NCBI RefSeq assembly: GCF_009834535.1
Contig: NC_045696.1
Location: forward strand, 7,876,001-7,940,000
Length of the DNA stretch: 64,000 bases
From: Camelus ferus
Taxonomy: Eukaryota
Reading direction: 5' to 3'
Part shown: positions 25,600 to 39,140 of the stretch, piece by piece
Numbering within the stretch: position 1 is the stretch's first letter
Layout: each line of letters starts with the position of its first letter
The notes under the pieces: generated by a model
What the model saw: only the letters and a program-made list of their open reading frames with translations
Told to the model about the DNA's origin: nothing
Database searches by the model: none
Program-made: the position numbers and the translations under genes

Positions 25600-25870
25600 G
25601 GGAAGCCCATTCTGTAGACATTTACTGAGCACCTTGATAACTGAGGCAGTGCACATGGTTTGGGATTAAAAGGAAGGGAAAAAACCCCACGGTCCGGCTC
25701 TAAGGAGGCTTGTAACCTCGTTGGGCACCAGACATAAGGTCACCATCTCTGAGCAACTGGAATATGTCTAGGGCATTATAGGAGTCCAGAGAAGGGGCCT
25801 CCAACGCAGTCCGGGGTCACCACAGCCAGGAAGGTGAGAACGGTTCTCTCTGAAACAAGCGAGGAGTGCA
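25600..25870 (-). mobile_element. L2 fragment
   Basis: acatttactgagcacc...ccggctctaaggaggctt...ataggagtccagagaagggg resembles degraded L2. Confidence 0.55.
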
Positions 25871-26304
25871 CCTCACGTCCATCACCACGTACAACTCATC
25901 ACAGCTGTCGCCTCCGGAAGGTCAGGCTGAGGGAGAGTCACTTCCTGGGGGCACATGGCCACTGGCTAGCAGGGGTAGGACTCAGCCTGGGCTTAGGGCC
26001 GTTCCCTGCCTGCCCTGCCATCGGGCAAGGCTGCAGGTTGCCCCCACCCCTCCCCGCTTGCCCTGGAGACCCACTCCCTGAATTGAGGGCTCATTAGTGT
26101 CAGAGGCTTGGTATGGGGACCATCTCATTGAACTTTGCTCTCCCACAATTGATCCATCATGCCAGGACCTGATGGCCGCCCCTCCACGTGTTTCTGATTC
26201 ACTTAATGGCCCTGGGCTCTGCTGAGTCGTGCTGGTGTCTGACAGGCTCATAGTGTCCGGAAAGCCCTTTTGGAAGGCTCTTTTTGGTCACAACCATTTT
26301 AAAG

Positions 26305-26306
<2 letters not shown>

Positions 26307-26337
<31 letters not shown>

Positions 26338-26892
26338 GAAGTATAGTTGATTTACAACGTTGTGTTAGTTTCTGGTGTAGAGCATAGTGATTCAATCATA
26401 CATATTCTTTTTAAGATTCTTTTTCATTATAGGTTATTACAAGATATTGAATATAGTTCCCTGTGCTACACCATAGAGCCTTGTTGTTTATCTATTTTAT
26501 ACACAGTAGTGTGTATTTGCTAATCCCAAGCTCCTAACTTATCCTTCCCCCATTTTTCTCCTTTGGCAACCGTAAGGTTGCTTTCTATGTCTGTGAGTCT
26601 CTTTCTATATTATAAATAAGTTCATTTGTGTCATTTTTTAGATTCCACATATAAGTGATATCATACAGTATTTGTCTTTCTCTGTCTGAATTACTTCATC
26701 TAGTATGATCATCTCCAGGTCCAAACATGTTGCTGCAAATGGCATTATTTCATTCTTTTTTATGGCTGAGTGGTATTCCATTGTGTGTATGTGTGTGTGT
26801 GTATATATATATGTTACATTTTTTATATATGTGATATATATATGTGGTGTGTATATATGTGTGTGTGTGTCTGTTGATGGACATTTAGGTTG
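26307..26892 (-). mobile_element. 5'-truncated L1 (3' UTR plus ORF2 tip) with long poly(T)
   Basis: Poly-T about 26307-26332, then aaattgaagtatagttgatttacaac. Ends ctgttgatggacatttaggttg. Confidence 0.93.
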
Positions 26893-27269
26893 TAAAAGCT
26901 CTTTTTAATATGAATTTTGTGTTTTCTGATCCTTTGAAAAATAGTCATGTATTCCATATTATGCAAATGTACTATTTCAAACAGGTAAGACAAGCATACA
27001 TAATAAAATATAAAAGACATGAACAGATATATAGTATAAAGCAAATCTTTATCCTACCCCGTCCTCTAACCAGCCAGCCCCACTCCCCAGACACAACCTC
27101 TGTGAACCAGTTTCTCACTGGTGTTCTAACACATGTACCATGAATATATGATAAACCACCAAACCTACAGTATTTAGAGTAGTTTTCAACTTGAAAATAC
27201 AGTTTTTGCTTTATTCTAACTCAACTTCCTGGGAATATTCTAGCTTGAAAAATACTTTTCATTTAGCAT

Positions 27270-27482
27270 AAGTTTTCTCAGCCTTGGTACTACGGGCGCT
27301 TGGGGCTGGATCACTCTGCTGCGGAGGCTGTCCTGCTCATCCCAACTCTATACATTATACGTCAATGCAACACTGCCCTCCGCCCAGTCGTGACAACCAA
27401 AAATGTCCCTAGATATTTCCAAATGTCCTCAAAGCGGGGGCAGGAGGTGGGGCACAAAATCACCTCCATATGAGAACCACTG
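27270..27482. mobile_element. MER20
   Basis: ttctcagccttggtacta...tggggctggatc...gtgacaaccaaaaatgtc...caaaatcacc...gagaaccactg. Confidence 0.85.
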
Positions 27483-30400
27483 ACTTACTGTGGTTATTTA
27501 GAATGTACTCTCCATCTCATTCGAAAAAGGATTTGAGGGACTTACAAAGATTCAAGACTCCAGCACAAGTGAAAATAAATATTAAAGACTGACTCTAAGT
27601 TGAAAATTATTGAAGCTTGGTGATGGATATATGAGGGTCCATTACAATACACTTACTGTTCTTGTGTATGTCTGAAATTTCTCATAATAAAAAAGATAAG
27701 TGCATATTTTAAGGACAGTGTGAGAGAGGGAAGCGAAGGCAGAAATTAGAAGATGAACTTAAAGTCTATGTGCTAAGTAAAATCTTGTCTTTTTTGCTAG
27801 GGGTGGATTTGAATCTGAAATTTCTGCAGTCAACTCAAAAACATAACATGATCAGTCAGAAGCAACAGAGTCTGGTGATAGGAAATAAACCAGTTGCTCG
27901 GAACAAGCATAGCTCTTCCTAATGATGAAACCTGCAAGAAATGTTCTGGGACAATTGCACTGACTCCAAGAATCAACAAAGTTACAGCTTTTCTCAAGCT
28001 TCCGTGGAAATGCTGAATCAGACTCTAGGATGGGGCCTGAGAATTTGTTTTCTTACCGAGTAGTCTTTAGAAGTGGGCCAGTGAGATGAAATTAATGTGC
28101 AATTTAGTAGAAGTAATTCTATAAGGAAGGAAAACAATGCAGTCCCACATGCAGGTCTCTAAAGATCTGAATTAGTCCAAAAATAAACTTCAAAGTAGCT
28201 AGAGGTTGGATGTCCTCAGAAATATTATTTTTCTCCAAGCTTTTAGTAAGTCCAAAGTTGTAACCTCTGACTTTCCTGGAAGGCAGCTGTTCAGGGGAGC
28301 CCATTTGGGCCAACCTCACTGGCTTTCTCTCTTGCAGCTGGAGGTAGGGCTTAAGGCCTCTTGGAAAAACTGATCATCCTCAGGTCAGACGTGTAAGAAG
28401 AGTTCAGGTGCCCCCTCTCACCCCTCCTCCACTCAGCCTCCCAGCAGGGCTATCTGAACATCTCCTGGGGATGTTCCAAACTCGATCTTTAAAACTCTGA
28501 AATTTCAGGCTATTTTCATTTTAATGGGAAGAAAAATAGTGAACCTGCTCATTGCAATGATAAAAACATCACAATAAAGTACCAACACAACCCCCAACTT
28601 TTGTAAATGCAACTTCCCCTTGAGATGTGGTCCAATACAGGGTGGAGGTAGATACAAACAGATTTCAAAATATATAGATGCACTTTGGCCTATTTTTTCT
28701 GAGTATTTCAGAGAGGAAAAAAAATGAAACTTGAATGATCCGAAATCCTTGAAGACTTGCGCAACTTCAAGAGAAACGTAGGCTCAAAGAGCCCACCTAC
28801 TTAGGGAACTTGCAGTCCTTCATGTATTGGTGTGTTACTGAAGGTAATGTATTTGACGGTTGTCTTTGCTTTTCTGTGCGAATAAGGGTCCTTTTCTGCT
28901 CCAAACACACTGCATTTACTCCTGATATCAGGGCATAATACCTAATTACTGATGAAGAACCATCAGTAGTAAGCAGCCCCCAAAAGACTTGGGGACCCAG
29001 AAACTGAAGGCTCGTTACCCAACCCAAGAATGGATCCATGAATCTCCTTGTTACCTCATTTCTATCCTTTCAACCTTAAGACGCCAAGCCTCTTTAAAAT
29101 ATGGCATTTGAATCTCCACTTGTTAAAAATCAGCTCCTAAGCCTCCAAAATCTAAGTAATTCCCATTGCTCTAGTTTAAATGGAGAAAGTGCAAAATATG
29201 CTGAAAAGCAAGAGAGAGTCACAGCAGGCGAGAGGGCCCTGCCTCCTCCCTTTCTCTCTCTGCATCGGTCTAAGAAATACCTCAAACCCCTAGGGCCCCT
29301 TGCATTGGTTTGAGGTTGGAGAGCCGTTTACTTTTCAATTACCAAAAGCCATGCAAGCCTTTTTGCTTGATATCCACAAACACTGCGGAGCCGGCCTGAT
29401 ATTTACAATCCCTCCAGCAAGCAAAATGCAGTTGGCACCCGCGCAGTAGCTAGGATTAATAGCAGAGAGCGTTGTGGTTTCGTTATTAAGTTACTTGCAG
29501 CAATTAGTAAATTTATTGTCCTAATTGTTTTCACATGGCTGCTCCACGCACATGTCTTACTTCGAGGATGTCCTTACAATCTTGACCCTGTCATCATATT
29601 TCAGTGTGATCACTGCCCATCTCTCCAAACTGTCCAACCCCATCAAAAGCTGATTTGCAGTTGGGTCAGCAGGAAGGAAGAGTATGAGTTCATTCCAAAG
29701 TCCATGGCATATTTGGATAAAACACGGAGAAATTTTGTTTTGGCTTATTGGGCGTCTGAGAGTGCACTCCAGGGGGAGGGGATAGCTGCCTGTGGTTAAT
29801 GCACAGGAAAGTTCAAATTCTCCCCAGCTTCAAATTTGCTGCTTCTTCCAAATCCCAATTCCAGCCCCTCTTAATCCTCCTATGGAAACAGTCAGGTGGT
29901 CGGAGCAGGGATGACTTTCTGGGACTTGTGAGAACTTCATTCTAATGTTGGGGGCTAAGATTTCTAGGGTGCCCAGAATCCAGCCTTACCTGCCCTGTGG
30001 ACAGCGTCAGGTTGCTGAGGAGTCTTGGCTTATCCCTGGTTCTGCACTCAGGGGCAGAACCACCCTCACACTGCCCGCCTCATGAATGGGGTGGATGGCA
30101 GCCTAGTGCGAGGACCTGACCAGGACAAGATGTGATCCTGCCCTTCTCCCACTGGCTCCTGGAAGGCACCCACTGCCCACCTGGCTGGTAGGCAGCACTC
30201 TTGTAATGGAAACTTGGTTGGCAGGGGCAGGGAGCTGGTGTGACTGCTGCCTTCTCGAGTATCACCCACTGGGTCCCCACATTGAAACCTGGCCACTAGC
30301 ACAACACCAGAGCAGGTGCAGCTCAGCATAGTGGGTGGAACTGGTGGCACAGGCCACCTGTCTGCGGGCAGCTTGGGGATTTAGTTTCCTCACCTAGTAA

Positions 30401-30567
30401 ATGGTCCCAATTACCATGCCTTCTCTTGCCTTCTTAGGAATCAACTAGAAATTTAGGCAAGAAGGAGGAGAAACACCATGTATGGAGGTGGCCCTTTATG
30501 TTTCAAAATGCTTTTATGAATATTAGGTTATTTTTGGCCTCATCACATATTTGGAAAGGAGGGGGAA

Positions 30568-30568
<1 letters not shown>

Positions 30569-30622
<54 letters not shown>
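30569..30622. repeat. (TG)27 microsatellite
   Basis: Directly visible. Confidence 0.97.
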
Positions 30623-30627
<5 letters not shown>

Positions 30628-30644
30628 AAATTTTGGCAGAGCAT

Positions 30645-30860
30645 TTCAGAGTGGGGCCCTGGAGCCAACTAGCCTGAGTTCAAGTCCCTCCTTGACCATG
30701 TAGTAGCTGTGTGGCCTTGGGATCCATTGCCTCAGTGTCCTCTTTTATAAATGGGCACAATAAGATCTGTGTCATTAGGCTGTTGTGACAATTTCATAAA
30801 GCAAAAATGCTAAAGCACTTATAATGCTCAGTATGTGCTATCAGCAAAGAGCACCATAGT
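30645..30860 (+). mobile_element. MIR SINE
   Basis: ctggagccaactagcctgagttcaagtcc...agctgtgtggccttggg...gcctcagtgtcctc...taaatggg...taaagcactta. Confidence 0.75.
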
Positions 30861-31019
30861 TATTAAGTTATAGTAAGAATCTAAGACGAGCTAGAGGGAA
30901 ATAACTCTTCAATGTCTTGAATAACTTCTCATCACTTTCCTTGCTCTCCTTGCCCTTTCTGGGTAAATAGCTCTTATCACTCCCCGCACCCCCCCCCCAT
31001 GTTATTCTTTATTGTCTGT

Positions 31020-31155
31020 CTCCCCTTCCCCACCAAATGGAGGCTCCGTGAGAGCAGGGGCTTGTCTGGTTTAAGGCTACCCCTCCTCCCATCCCAAGCC
31101 CTGGCACATGGTAGATGCTCAATGAATGACTGCTGGGGAAAAACATGAATGAAAG
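31020..31155 (+). mobile_element. L2 3' end
   Basis: gctccgtgagagcagggg...cctggcacatggtagatgctcaatgaatga. Confidence 0.75.
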
Positions 31156-31179
31156 AAGGCAGAGAATAGAGGAGCAACC

Positions 31180-31860
31180 GGTTGCACTCTGAGCACCTCG
31201 GTTTGGAAACTGGGGCTCCCTGCACCCCAGGGGCAGCCCCAGCCTCAGCAGATGGGTCCCTCAGCGCTTCCTCGGGGTGGGGGGGTGTCGCAGCCCGCTG
31301 GGCTTTCACACCTCTCCCGCCAGGCAAGAGGGGGACCTCGCCAGGTTGCTCATTAATCCTCTGTGTTATGCGCACGCATTTGAACCTGAAATGCGGTATG
31401 CAAATATGTTCCCAGCCGGGAGGCAGTGCGCTCGGCCAGGCTGGCAAGGGCGTCGTGGGAAGAGAGCGGTGCTCCCGGAGGGAGGGGGTGGTGGCAGCGG
31501 CAGCGCAGGGCAGGTGCGGGCTGCGGTGAGACCCGCCCGCAGCGGTAATTCCACTCCGCCGCCTCAATCAGTCAATTATTTATCCCGCTCCGCTCGCGGT
31601 GCGGGGCCACTCGCGGGCCACTGAAGCCCCAGCGCTCCGGGGCTGCCCCGGGGCTCACGACCCGCTTTCGAGGAGGGAACGGGGTGCCGCTGTAACCCTG
31701 CTGCTGACCCATGAACTGCCATGAGCTGCTGTGAAGCCGCCCAGGAGGGGTGAGTTCGGGGTTGCCCCCGGGGCTTGGCCATCCCAGGCACCTCCTGGGT
31801 GCTTCCAGCTCATCCCGCGCACTGGGGGGCTCTTTCTCCCAGCTTCCGGAAATTTAGACT
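31180..31860. promoter_or_regulatory. CpG-island-like GC/CpG-rich segment, candidate promoter or enhancer
   Basis: Densest CpG cluster in the window by eye (not computed). Contains ATGCAAAT (31398-31405), TAATCC (31354-31359), TCAATCA (31564-31570) and a donor GG|GTGAGT at 31749/31750. Confidence 0.7.
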
Positions 31861-32159
31861 GGAATCTGGTTCAGGCTGGTCCCAAGGAGCTTAACAGTAC
31901 CCGGGGTCTCCCAAAAAGTAGCTTGTGATGTAAGAGGGGGCTCCCTGGCTGTCACAGCGTGGGTCAGCAGAGCAGAGGACAGAAACAAAGGAGTTCATGA
32001 TTCTTTATTTCCACTGTGACGTGAACAAGGTCTGGAAAGTCTGTTGTGTGACAGTTGTTCTCCCAAAGCAAATGAAGTCAGAATTTTCCTGGTGGGGGAG
32101 GGGGAGTATGTGAGGTTTATTAAAACGTGTTAGAAAGCCTGCAATTAACTCTCAAATGG

Positions 32160-32162
<3 letters not shown>

Positions 32163-32224
<62 letters not shown>

Positions 32225-32249
32225 CTTGAGAGAGACAGAGAGAGAGAGA
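32163..32249. repeat. Compound (AC)n...(GA)n microsatellite
   Basis: Directly visible. Confidence 0.95.
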
Positions 32250-33879
32250 TACTCAAAAGATGTACATCCTAAGACAAAAAGAAACTGTAGTTAAATCAGT
32301 GGCTATCAAGGTAACAATCACAATGATACTATTAAAAACAAAACCAAAGAAAGAGACCTGTGTCCTTGACCAATGCCCCCTATGGTCCATTCTACTGGGC
32401 ATTTGAGCTGTCTTTTTCAGGTTTTATATAGAAGGCCTTTGTATTTTGTGTTAAACTGTTACTGACAAAATTTTTTTGCCATAGTGATCACTGGCCTGGA
32501 GAGAAGCTCTGGAGTGACCAAAATGCTTTCAAAGTGGAGAGTAAGAACAGTTTTATTTCTCCACACAAGCCAGCATGCTTCCTGTTATTAGACAATCACT
32601 TCTGCAAAATTCACCTCTCCCTTTTTTCTTTGGCTGCTGGGAAGCTCAGAGCTAAGTTTTGTGCTTGCAATCATAGCAGCTTCTTTTCGAATTAAGAGTT
32701 GCATATGATTCTTTCCATCCTTTATTTACTTGGCTCTTGTACTTTCACACACACACACCTTTTCAATAGTTTTTTTGTACTTGTGACTTTAAATGCAAGT
32801 CCTTTCAAATCATCTTTGAAAAAAATATATGGTCAAGGTAAATGTGATGAGCTCAATGCATGGTAAACCTCAACAAGTACCAGGTTGATTAACTGACCAA
32901 AAGGGATGAGGTATTCTTCAGAAGATGAAAAACTCTGTTGATGTCAGTGTTCTCTGCACCAGTCTGCCCACTCCTAGTCATCCCCCCTCCCTAATTGGTG
33001 TCAGGATTTGCTTAAACCAGAAATCTAGGAGCCTCCCTTGTTTCCCTTCTTCTCTCACCCCATTAGCAAACTGTCAATTCTGTCTGCCTCTCTCTTACTC
33101 CCCGGTCACCGTCGTTTAAGGGATACATGTCTCACTTGAACTACATCTTGCCTACTCACAAACAACTTGCCAAAGGACGTTGTGGTAAAACCTAAGTCAT
33201 TTCATGTCCATCCACGGCTTCATTCCCTTAAATTGATGTGAGTGGCAACAGACTTCCCAGCCAGTAGTTTGGAGCAGGGTCAAGGTAAGATATCTCGCTC
33301 TAAATCTATCATTAAAAGCTTGAGTCAGAGAGTTTCACTGGTCAGCAGCCTCCGTGCGGGAGGTGGAACCTGGAGGGACACAACTGGGCCTTTTGCAGCT
33401 TTGGAAGTGGTGCTGGCGGTCAGGTGACAGGGGCTTCCTACTGCTTCTGTTTCTGCATATGTTTGGGTCTGGGTGATCTCCACAGGTATAGGAGGCAGTC
33501 CGTGCATATCCTGGTACTGGCTGGGTTGCATATGTGAAATGAACGTGCCCATGCAGACTACGGAAATAGATTTTAATAGAGGTGGCTTCTCTGGAACTGA
33601 AGCATCCTAATTCCAGTGTGCGTGTCTTGCTGTACCACCTGAGAGGCAGCCGAGTCTAGCTGCCCCAGGTGAGTGGGTGCACTGAGCTCGGAGGGACATG
33701 GTGGCGGTGGTTGCTTTCCCTTTTTCTTGCTGAGTTTATGACTGTTCCTTGAACCCCAGTAATGTCAGCCTTAGTCATTTAAGTTTGAGGTACACCTGGG
33801 GTTCCAAAAAATGACTTGCCATCAGGTTTAAAACACCTTTGGTCAATCTACGTTATAGATGCTGAAGTTTTGTATACCT

Positions 33880-33999
33880 CTGCCCAACCTACTGTGAAAG
33901 TTTTCAAACACACAGCAAAGATCAAAGAACAGTACAATGAATAACTGTTTCCTGGATCTAGCAATTGTTTACATTTTGCCATATTTGTTCTCTCCCTGC

Positions 34000-34053
<54 letters not shown>

Positions 34054-34460
34054 CTATGTATACACACATATATGTTTTGCTTTTCTTATCCATTTAAAGG
34101 TAAATTATAAACAGTCATGACACTTCACAATAAATATTTCACTCTCTGAAAAACATTCTCCAATATATCCACAATACCATTAGCACACCTATTAAAATTT
34201 ACTTTAATTTTCATCTGCTATCCAGTTCATATTCAAATTTCCCAATTGCATCAAAAACATCTTTTATAGCTGGGTTGGTTTTTTTTGTCTCCTTGAACAA
34301 GGATCCAATCAAAGGTCAGCATGTGGGTTGTTGTGTCTTTTTGTCTCTTTTCATGTAGAAGTCTCTCAGCCTTGTTTTGTTAGGGCTTTGACTTTTGAAC
34401 TGCCTGCTCCAGTTGCTGTATAGAAAGCTGTGTTCTGGATTTGTCCTGACTGTGAATTTG
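33880..34460 (-). mobile_element. Ancient L1 (L1MC/ME-like) 3' end containing (TA)24 at 34002-34049
   Basis: ttttcaaacacacagcaaag...aacagtacaatgaata...acattttgccatatttg...cattctcc...ccacaataccattagcacacct...catattcaaatttccc. Confidence 0.75.
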
Positions 34461-37400
34461 TTTTTGGTTGAGCAATGTTAACAACCTTGTTTAACATATG
34501 AAGCTGGGTCAATGGTCAATTTCCTCAAGAAACGGTGCTATGCAAGTTTATTTATAAACTGTCTCCTCCTAGAATGAATTTAAGGCCATTTACAATGAAA
34601 TAGAAAGTCTGTTGAATAAAAGAAAATATGTTTTTAACATGTAGAAAGATGGTGGAGGGGAGGAGCAAATATGCCATAAACATACATTAATGTTGTTAGT
34701 GTAACTAAACATGAGCTTTAACTTTGAGTTTCTGGCTGCCAAAGGAAAAATGAAAAAAAAAGTTTAAAAAATTATCTTCAAGAAGCATACACTTTACTCA
34801 CACTAGATTTATGAAAATAATTTGTCCCATGAATCCTTAGACAAATGACATCAAACAGAGTAATCGGAAGCTTCTTGAACATCTTCTTAAATGATTCAGA
34901 GACATTCTTCATTGAGCTGCCTCTGTCATACAGAAGGTCAAAGCCAGGGACACAACATTAAAAACGTAACACAGTGGAGTCATTTTTTGGAAGTGAGTCC
35001 AGTCTGGGTGAGTTAATTTCTGTGTTTAACATGATACAAGGAGAGAGCTGGGAAGCCCTGCAGGTGGCGGACTGCCTGGCCCTGACTCTGGTCCTCAATT
35101 TCCCACTCTCTCCACTGGCTGCCCTGGGACAAGTCCTCTGGAGCAGCTGGATTCCAGCTGGACCCTGGATCTCTGGGGCTCTGGGGCTCCAAGGGCAAAA
35201 ACAGAGCAAGTGCAGGGCTAGCCCTCTGGGATGAAGCTGAAAACCTGAGCTGTGGGCTCCCCGAGATGGACAGCCCCCATCCAACAATCTGTGCACAGAG
35301 GTGGCCAAAGTTTGTTTGAACTTACAAACTCCGCCGAGATTTTCTGATACATTTTTTTCTATCCGCTTAAGTGCGGAGCCAGAGCCCTGAACAGCACAGC
35401 TGTGATGCTTTCCTACCTCCCCAGGAAAACACTAAGAGAAGGGGTAGCAGTGTGGATGGGTTCCTGTTCTCCACGAGGAGGGAAGACCTCGGTCTGGCCT
35501 CCTTTGTGCTGTCCTGCCTCCACCTCCAGCCAGGCCACCGGGGTGGGTTAGCTACTAGATGTGCCCCTCAAAACCTGGGCAGTTTAGTTTGTCCATTTCA
35601 ACTTTGGAAAGTCTCTGCCAGAAAACAAAACTCATGCTCTCTCAGATGATGATTTTGCAATTACACGTTATATACGACATCATAGAAATTTGGGACAATA
35701 GTGGGAAAAAAAAAAAAAAACCATGATCCCACCACTTCTGAAAACCATCTAAATCACTTACTTAGAGAGATGCTCTGTTCCCTGCCAGTGCTCCTATTAA
35801 TTCTCTTCTACAGTAAGACTTGTGATTATCCATGCATTTACATTTAGATGTGTATGTATAAATCATAATGCATATACAATTTTGTACAGTATCTTTTCTC
35901 AGTTTTATACCATGTGCTTTTTTCCATTACCACATCGTCTTTATGAAGTCATTTTTTAAAACAGATAAGGGATTTTCCACTGAATGGATGTACTGCAATT
36001 TAATTAACTGCTGCCCTATTTTTGGACAAAGTCTATTGTTTCGCCCCTTCGTAAATCACACTTCTGTGGCTGTAATTAAATAGTATGATCACAGATTCCT
36101 GCTACGCTTCCTGGCTTGGGATGGTCCAATTCTGTCATCGGGGGAAGGGGACGGCATTCCCTCTTGCTGTGCTTTGGCAAGATGCAGCCAGCACATCTGA
36201 AGTTGTGCCATGTTATTGACATATAAGTGTCGGGAGAGAGGGGAGGACATGGGCCATGGCTTGAAGGAACCCAGGGCTGGGTGGCATCGTGAAAATGGGA
36301 CACTGGGGCGGGCAATAGCAGAGACATTAGAGGCTGCTTGTTCCTGGCGTAGGACATTGGTCAGACGTGGGAAGGAGCCTGTGTGTCATCTTGGTGGGAT
36401 AGCGCTATGGTGATTTGGTCACCCCCATCTCTCTCTGATGCACCTGCACCTAAACCACGATGTGTATTCAGATGGAAGAGTGGCCTGAAGGACCTCTGGG
36501 CATCAGCCACATGGGAAGATGTGAGTCGTCCGGAAGCCATATGTTTTTATCATCCTGTACTTGTCAGAGAGCTTTGAAGTTCACGCTCTCGCTCCAGCTC
36601 CCCAAGGGGGTTGTCTTGTGTTTCCGTCATAACCCTTTCCACGGTTGACCCGATGTTGTATTCATACGCCACTCCCCCGCCTCTCCCAGGACTCTGGGAT
36701 TTCTAAAACAGCAGAGATTGTGTATTTAGAGGATTAATTTTCATTAGTATAACTTCTGTTGATATGATATAAAATTGTTCATTTCCATTAATAGAATGAA
36801 GAAACTTTCTGAAAGAAACGCTCCACGCCGGTGAGCTGAGCTACTGATCTCTTCCTGCGTCCGCTCTGGCCCTGGGCTGCGCGTGCGTGTCAGGGCTTAT
36901 CAGTTTATTACCATAATATTGCTGCTGCCCGAGGTTCTTCTGCTCTTTGCCTCTGGCTGAGTCTGACCATCAGTATTTTCCCATAATGGTTCAACATGTA
37001 CGGAACCATCATTTTTAAAGACTCTGTGATACTCCAGAGACAGGCAGGACTTACTGAACTTTTCCTGGTGCTGGACACGGAACTGGGTCCACAATCGTAA
37101 GCTGTGAGCATCTTCAAACACAGCCCCAATACATGGCGTTGAGTGGGTTGTGCCCCATCTCAACAATCCTGTACCTAAGAGGTGAACTGCACTGGGAGCG
37201 CCTTCCCAACTGCAGGGCAAAGAGCAGACACCCTCCCCGGCTGACCACCCCGTCCCTCTCTGTCCAGCTGGACTCCGGCGCCCCCACTTCCTTCTTCCCA
37301 CACTTGCTCCGGGAAGGTGCGGCCAGATGTGCAGTCCCGCTTGAGATAAGCCCCGCTCCATTACCGACCAGCCCTCCCGAATGTGTTTTCTGGGCAGTTG

Positions 37401-37846
37401 GTTGCTATGCTCTGAAATTTCAGACCATGCTGAATTTACTTGTTTTATGGCTCGGAATTTCAGGAGCAGCACCACAGATGTTAAATGTGTAAGTCTCTTG
37501 GTGCTAGTAAAATAAACCTTAATCAAACAGGGGTGTCGTGACTCAAAGACTTAGATAGCCCTTAATACATTATGTCAGTCACCAATACAGATGTTGGGAG
37601 TTGAGTCACTGGGTAGCATGGTAACTTTATATGGTCAGAGAGCCAGCTGTGAATATTTAAGGGGGAAAACCCCTTTTTATTTCTAGGCAAATATATTTCT
37701 GATCATAACTTAAATATTTTCTTTAGTCAAAATAGGGGTTTCTCTTTCTCACCATAGTCTCCGGAGAAGCCCTTTTGTTTTTCAACTCCACCAGACTATC
37801 TCTTGTATTAGAGATCCTGCAAGACTTAGACTAGAATCTCACTTTT

Positions 37847-38082
37847 TAAAAAATTGAAGTATAGTTATTTACAATATTGTGTTAGTATGAGGTTTACAGC
37901 AAAGTGATTCGGTTGTACACATGTATGTATATATCTATATTCCTTTTTTGATCCTTTTCTATTGAATATATTCCAAGATATTGAATATAGTTCCCTGTGC
38001 TATACAGTAAAATCTTATTTTTCTATTTTATACATAGTAGTGCATCTATTAATTCCATACTCTCAATTTTCCCCTCCCCCAC
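37847..38082 (-). mobile_element. Short 5'-truncated L1 with perfect 17-bp TSD
   Basis: aattgaagtatagttatttacaatattgtgttag. TSD ACTAGAATCTCACTTTT at 37830-37846 and 38083-38099. Confidence 0.95.
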
Positions 38083-39140
38083 ACTAGAATCTCACTTTTC
38101 AAATAAGTTTGAAGCACATTTTTAAAGGCTAGCGTTCTACCCTCACAGAGAGACGTCCCCCCAACCTTGCTGTGAATGGAGTAATAGTATTTCCTGAGGG
38201 CTAGGAAAATCCCTGGTGCTGGGATGGGGACACTGAGGTTGGCTGATGTCAAGGTCACATGGTGGCTTCTGGGCAGAACTTAACTCACTTGCTTGCCGAC
38301 CCAATATCTCGTATGTTGCACTCCAGCCCTGTAACTGAGCACCCCTTTTCAGAGAAAATGGTTTTTGTGGCTGGGCAAATGAACTTTGGGGGTAAAAAAA
38401 CATTTTAATGTAGTTTTCATAGCTGCCTGGAAAACTTAAAGGCAACAATGACTTTTCCATGAATTATTTTACACACTTCTTCCTACGCTTATACATAAAA
38501 ATACTCTGTGAAACCTACATGGCTTCATTTGTAAAAGAAGGAAATTAGACTCTGTGAACTCTAGGTTTTATGGATCAGTAATTCCCTTTCTCCAGAATCC
38601 ATTTGACTTGGAAATACCAAACCTAGATGTAGATGGACATAATGTAATAGCCTTAAGTGCCATGTGTTATAATGAAAAATAGATTATTGACTTGATTTTT
38701 AAAAATATATTCTAATTACATAGGTAATACAGACTATGTTCTGAATTACAAAAAAATAAGCACTACAGAAAAAATACAGTCCACTCAGACCTCCCATCCC
38801 CAATCCTAATTCCCTCCTCTGCCTCCCGGAGACTGTTACTGGTTTGGGATACATATGTAATAGAGACCTTTTAAAGATGCATTTATAGTTACAGGGTCTC
38901 ATATATACCCCTAAAGTATATACAGTCTTGTTTGTAGGTTTTTTAAAAATGTAATTTGTTTTACATCTTGGTTTTTTAGTCAACAGTCTGTCTGGAAGAT
39001 TTTTCCATGTTCATTTGAATAGATTTAGTGCTAATTTCTTTACTTGGGCTGTTGGAAGGTTTGCTCTGGTCTCTTGTCTCCCCTCCTCCAGGCTCTCTTC
39101 CTTGACTCCACCAGGTGCATCTAAAACATAACTTCCTCCC

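Noticed and set aside
29988..30008. REST/RE1 site
   Set aside because: Only the right half (GGACAGCG) matches; the left half has several mismatches.
36900..37526. 208-aa minus-strand ORF
   Set aside because: Non-ATG start, no domain, and no supporting splice structure.
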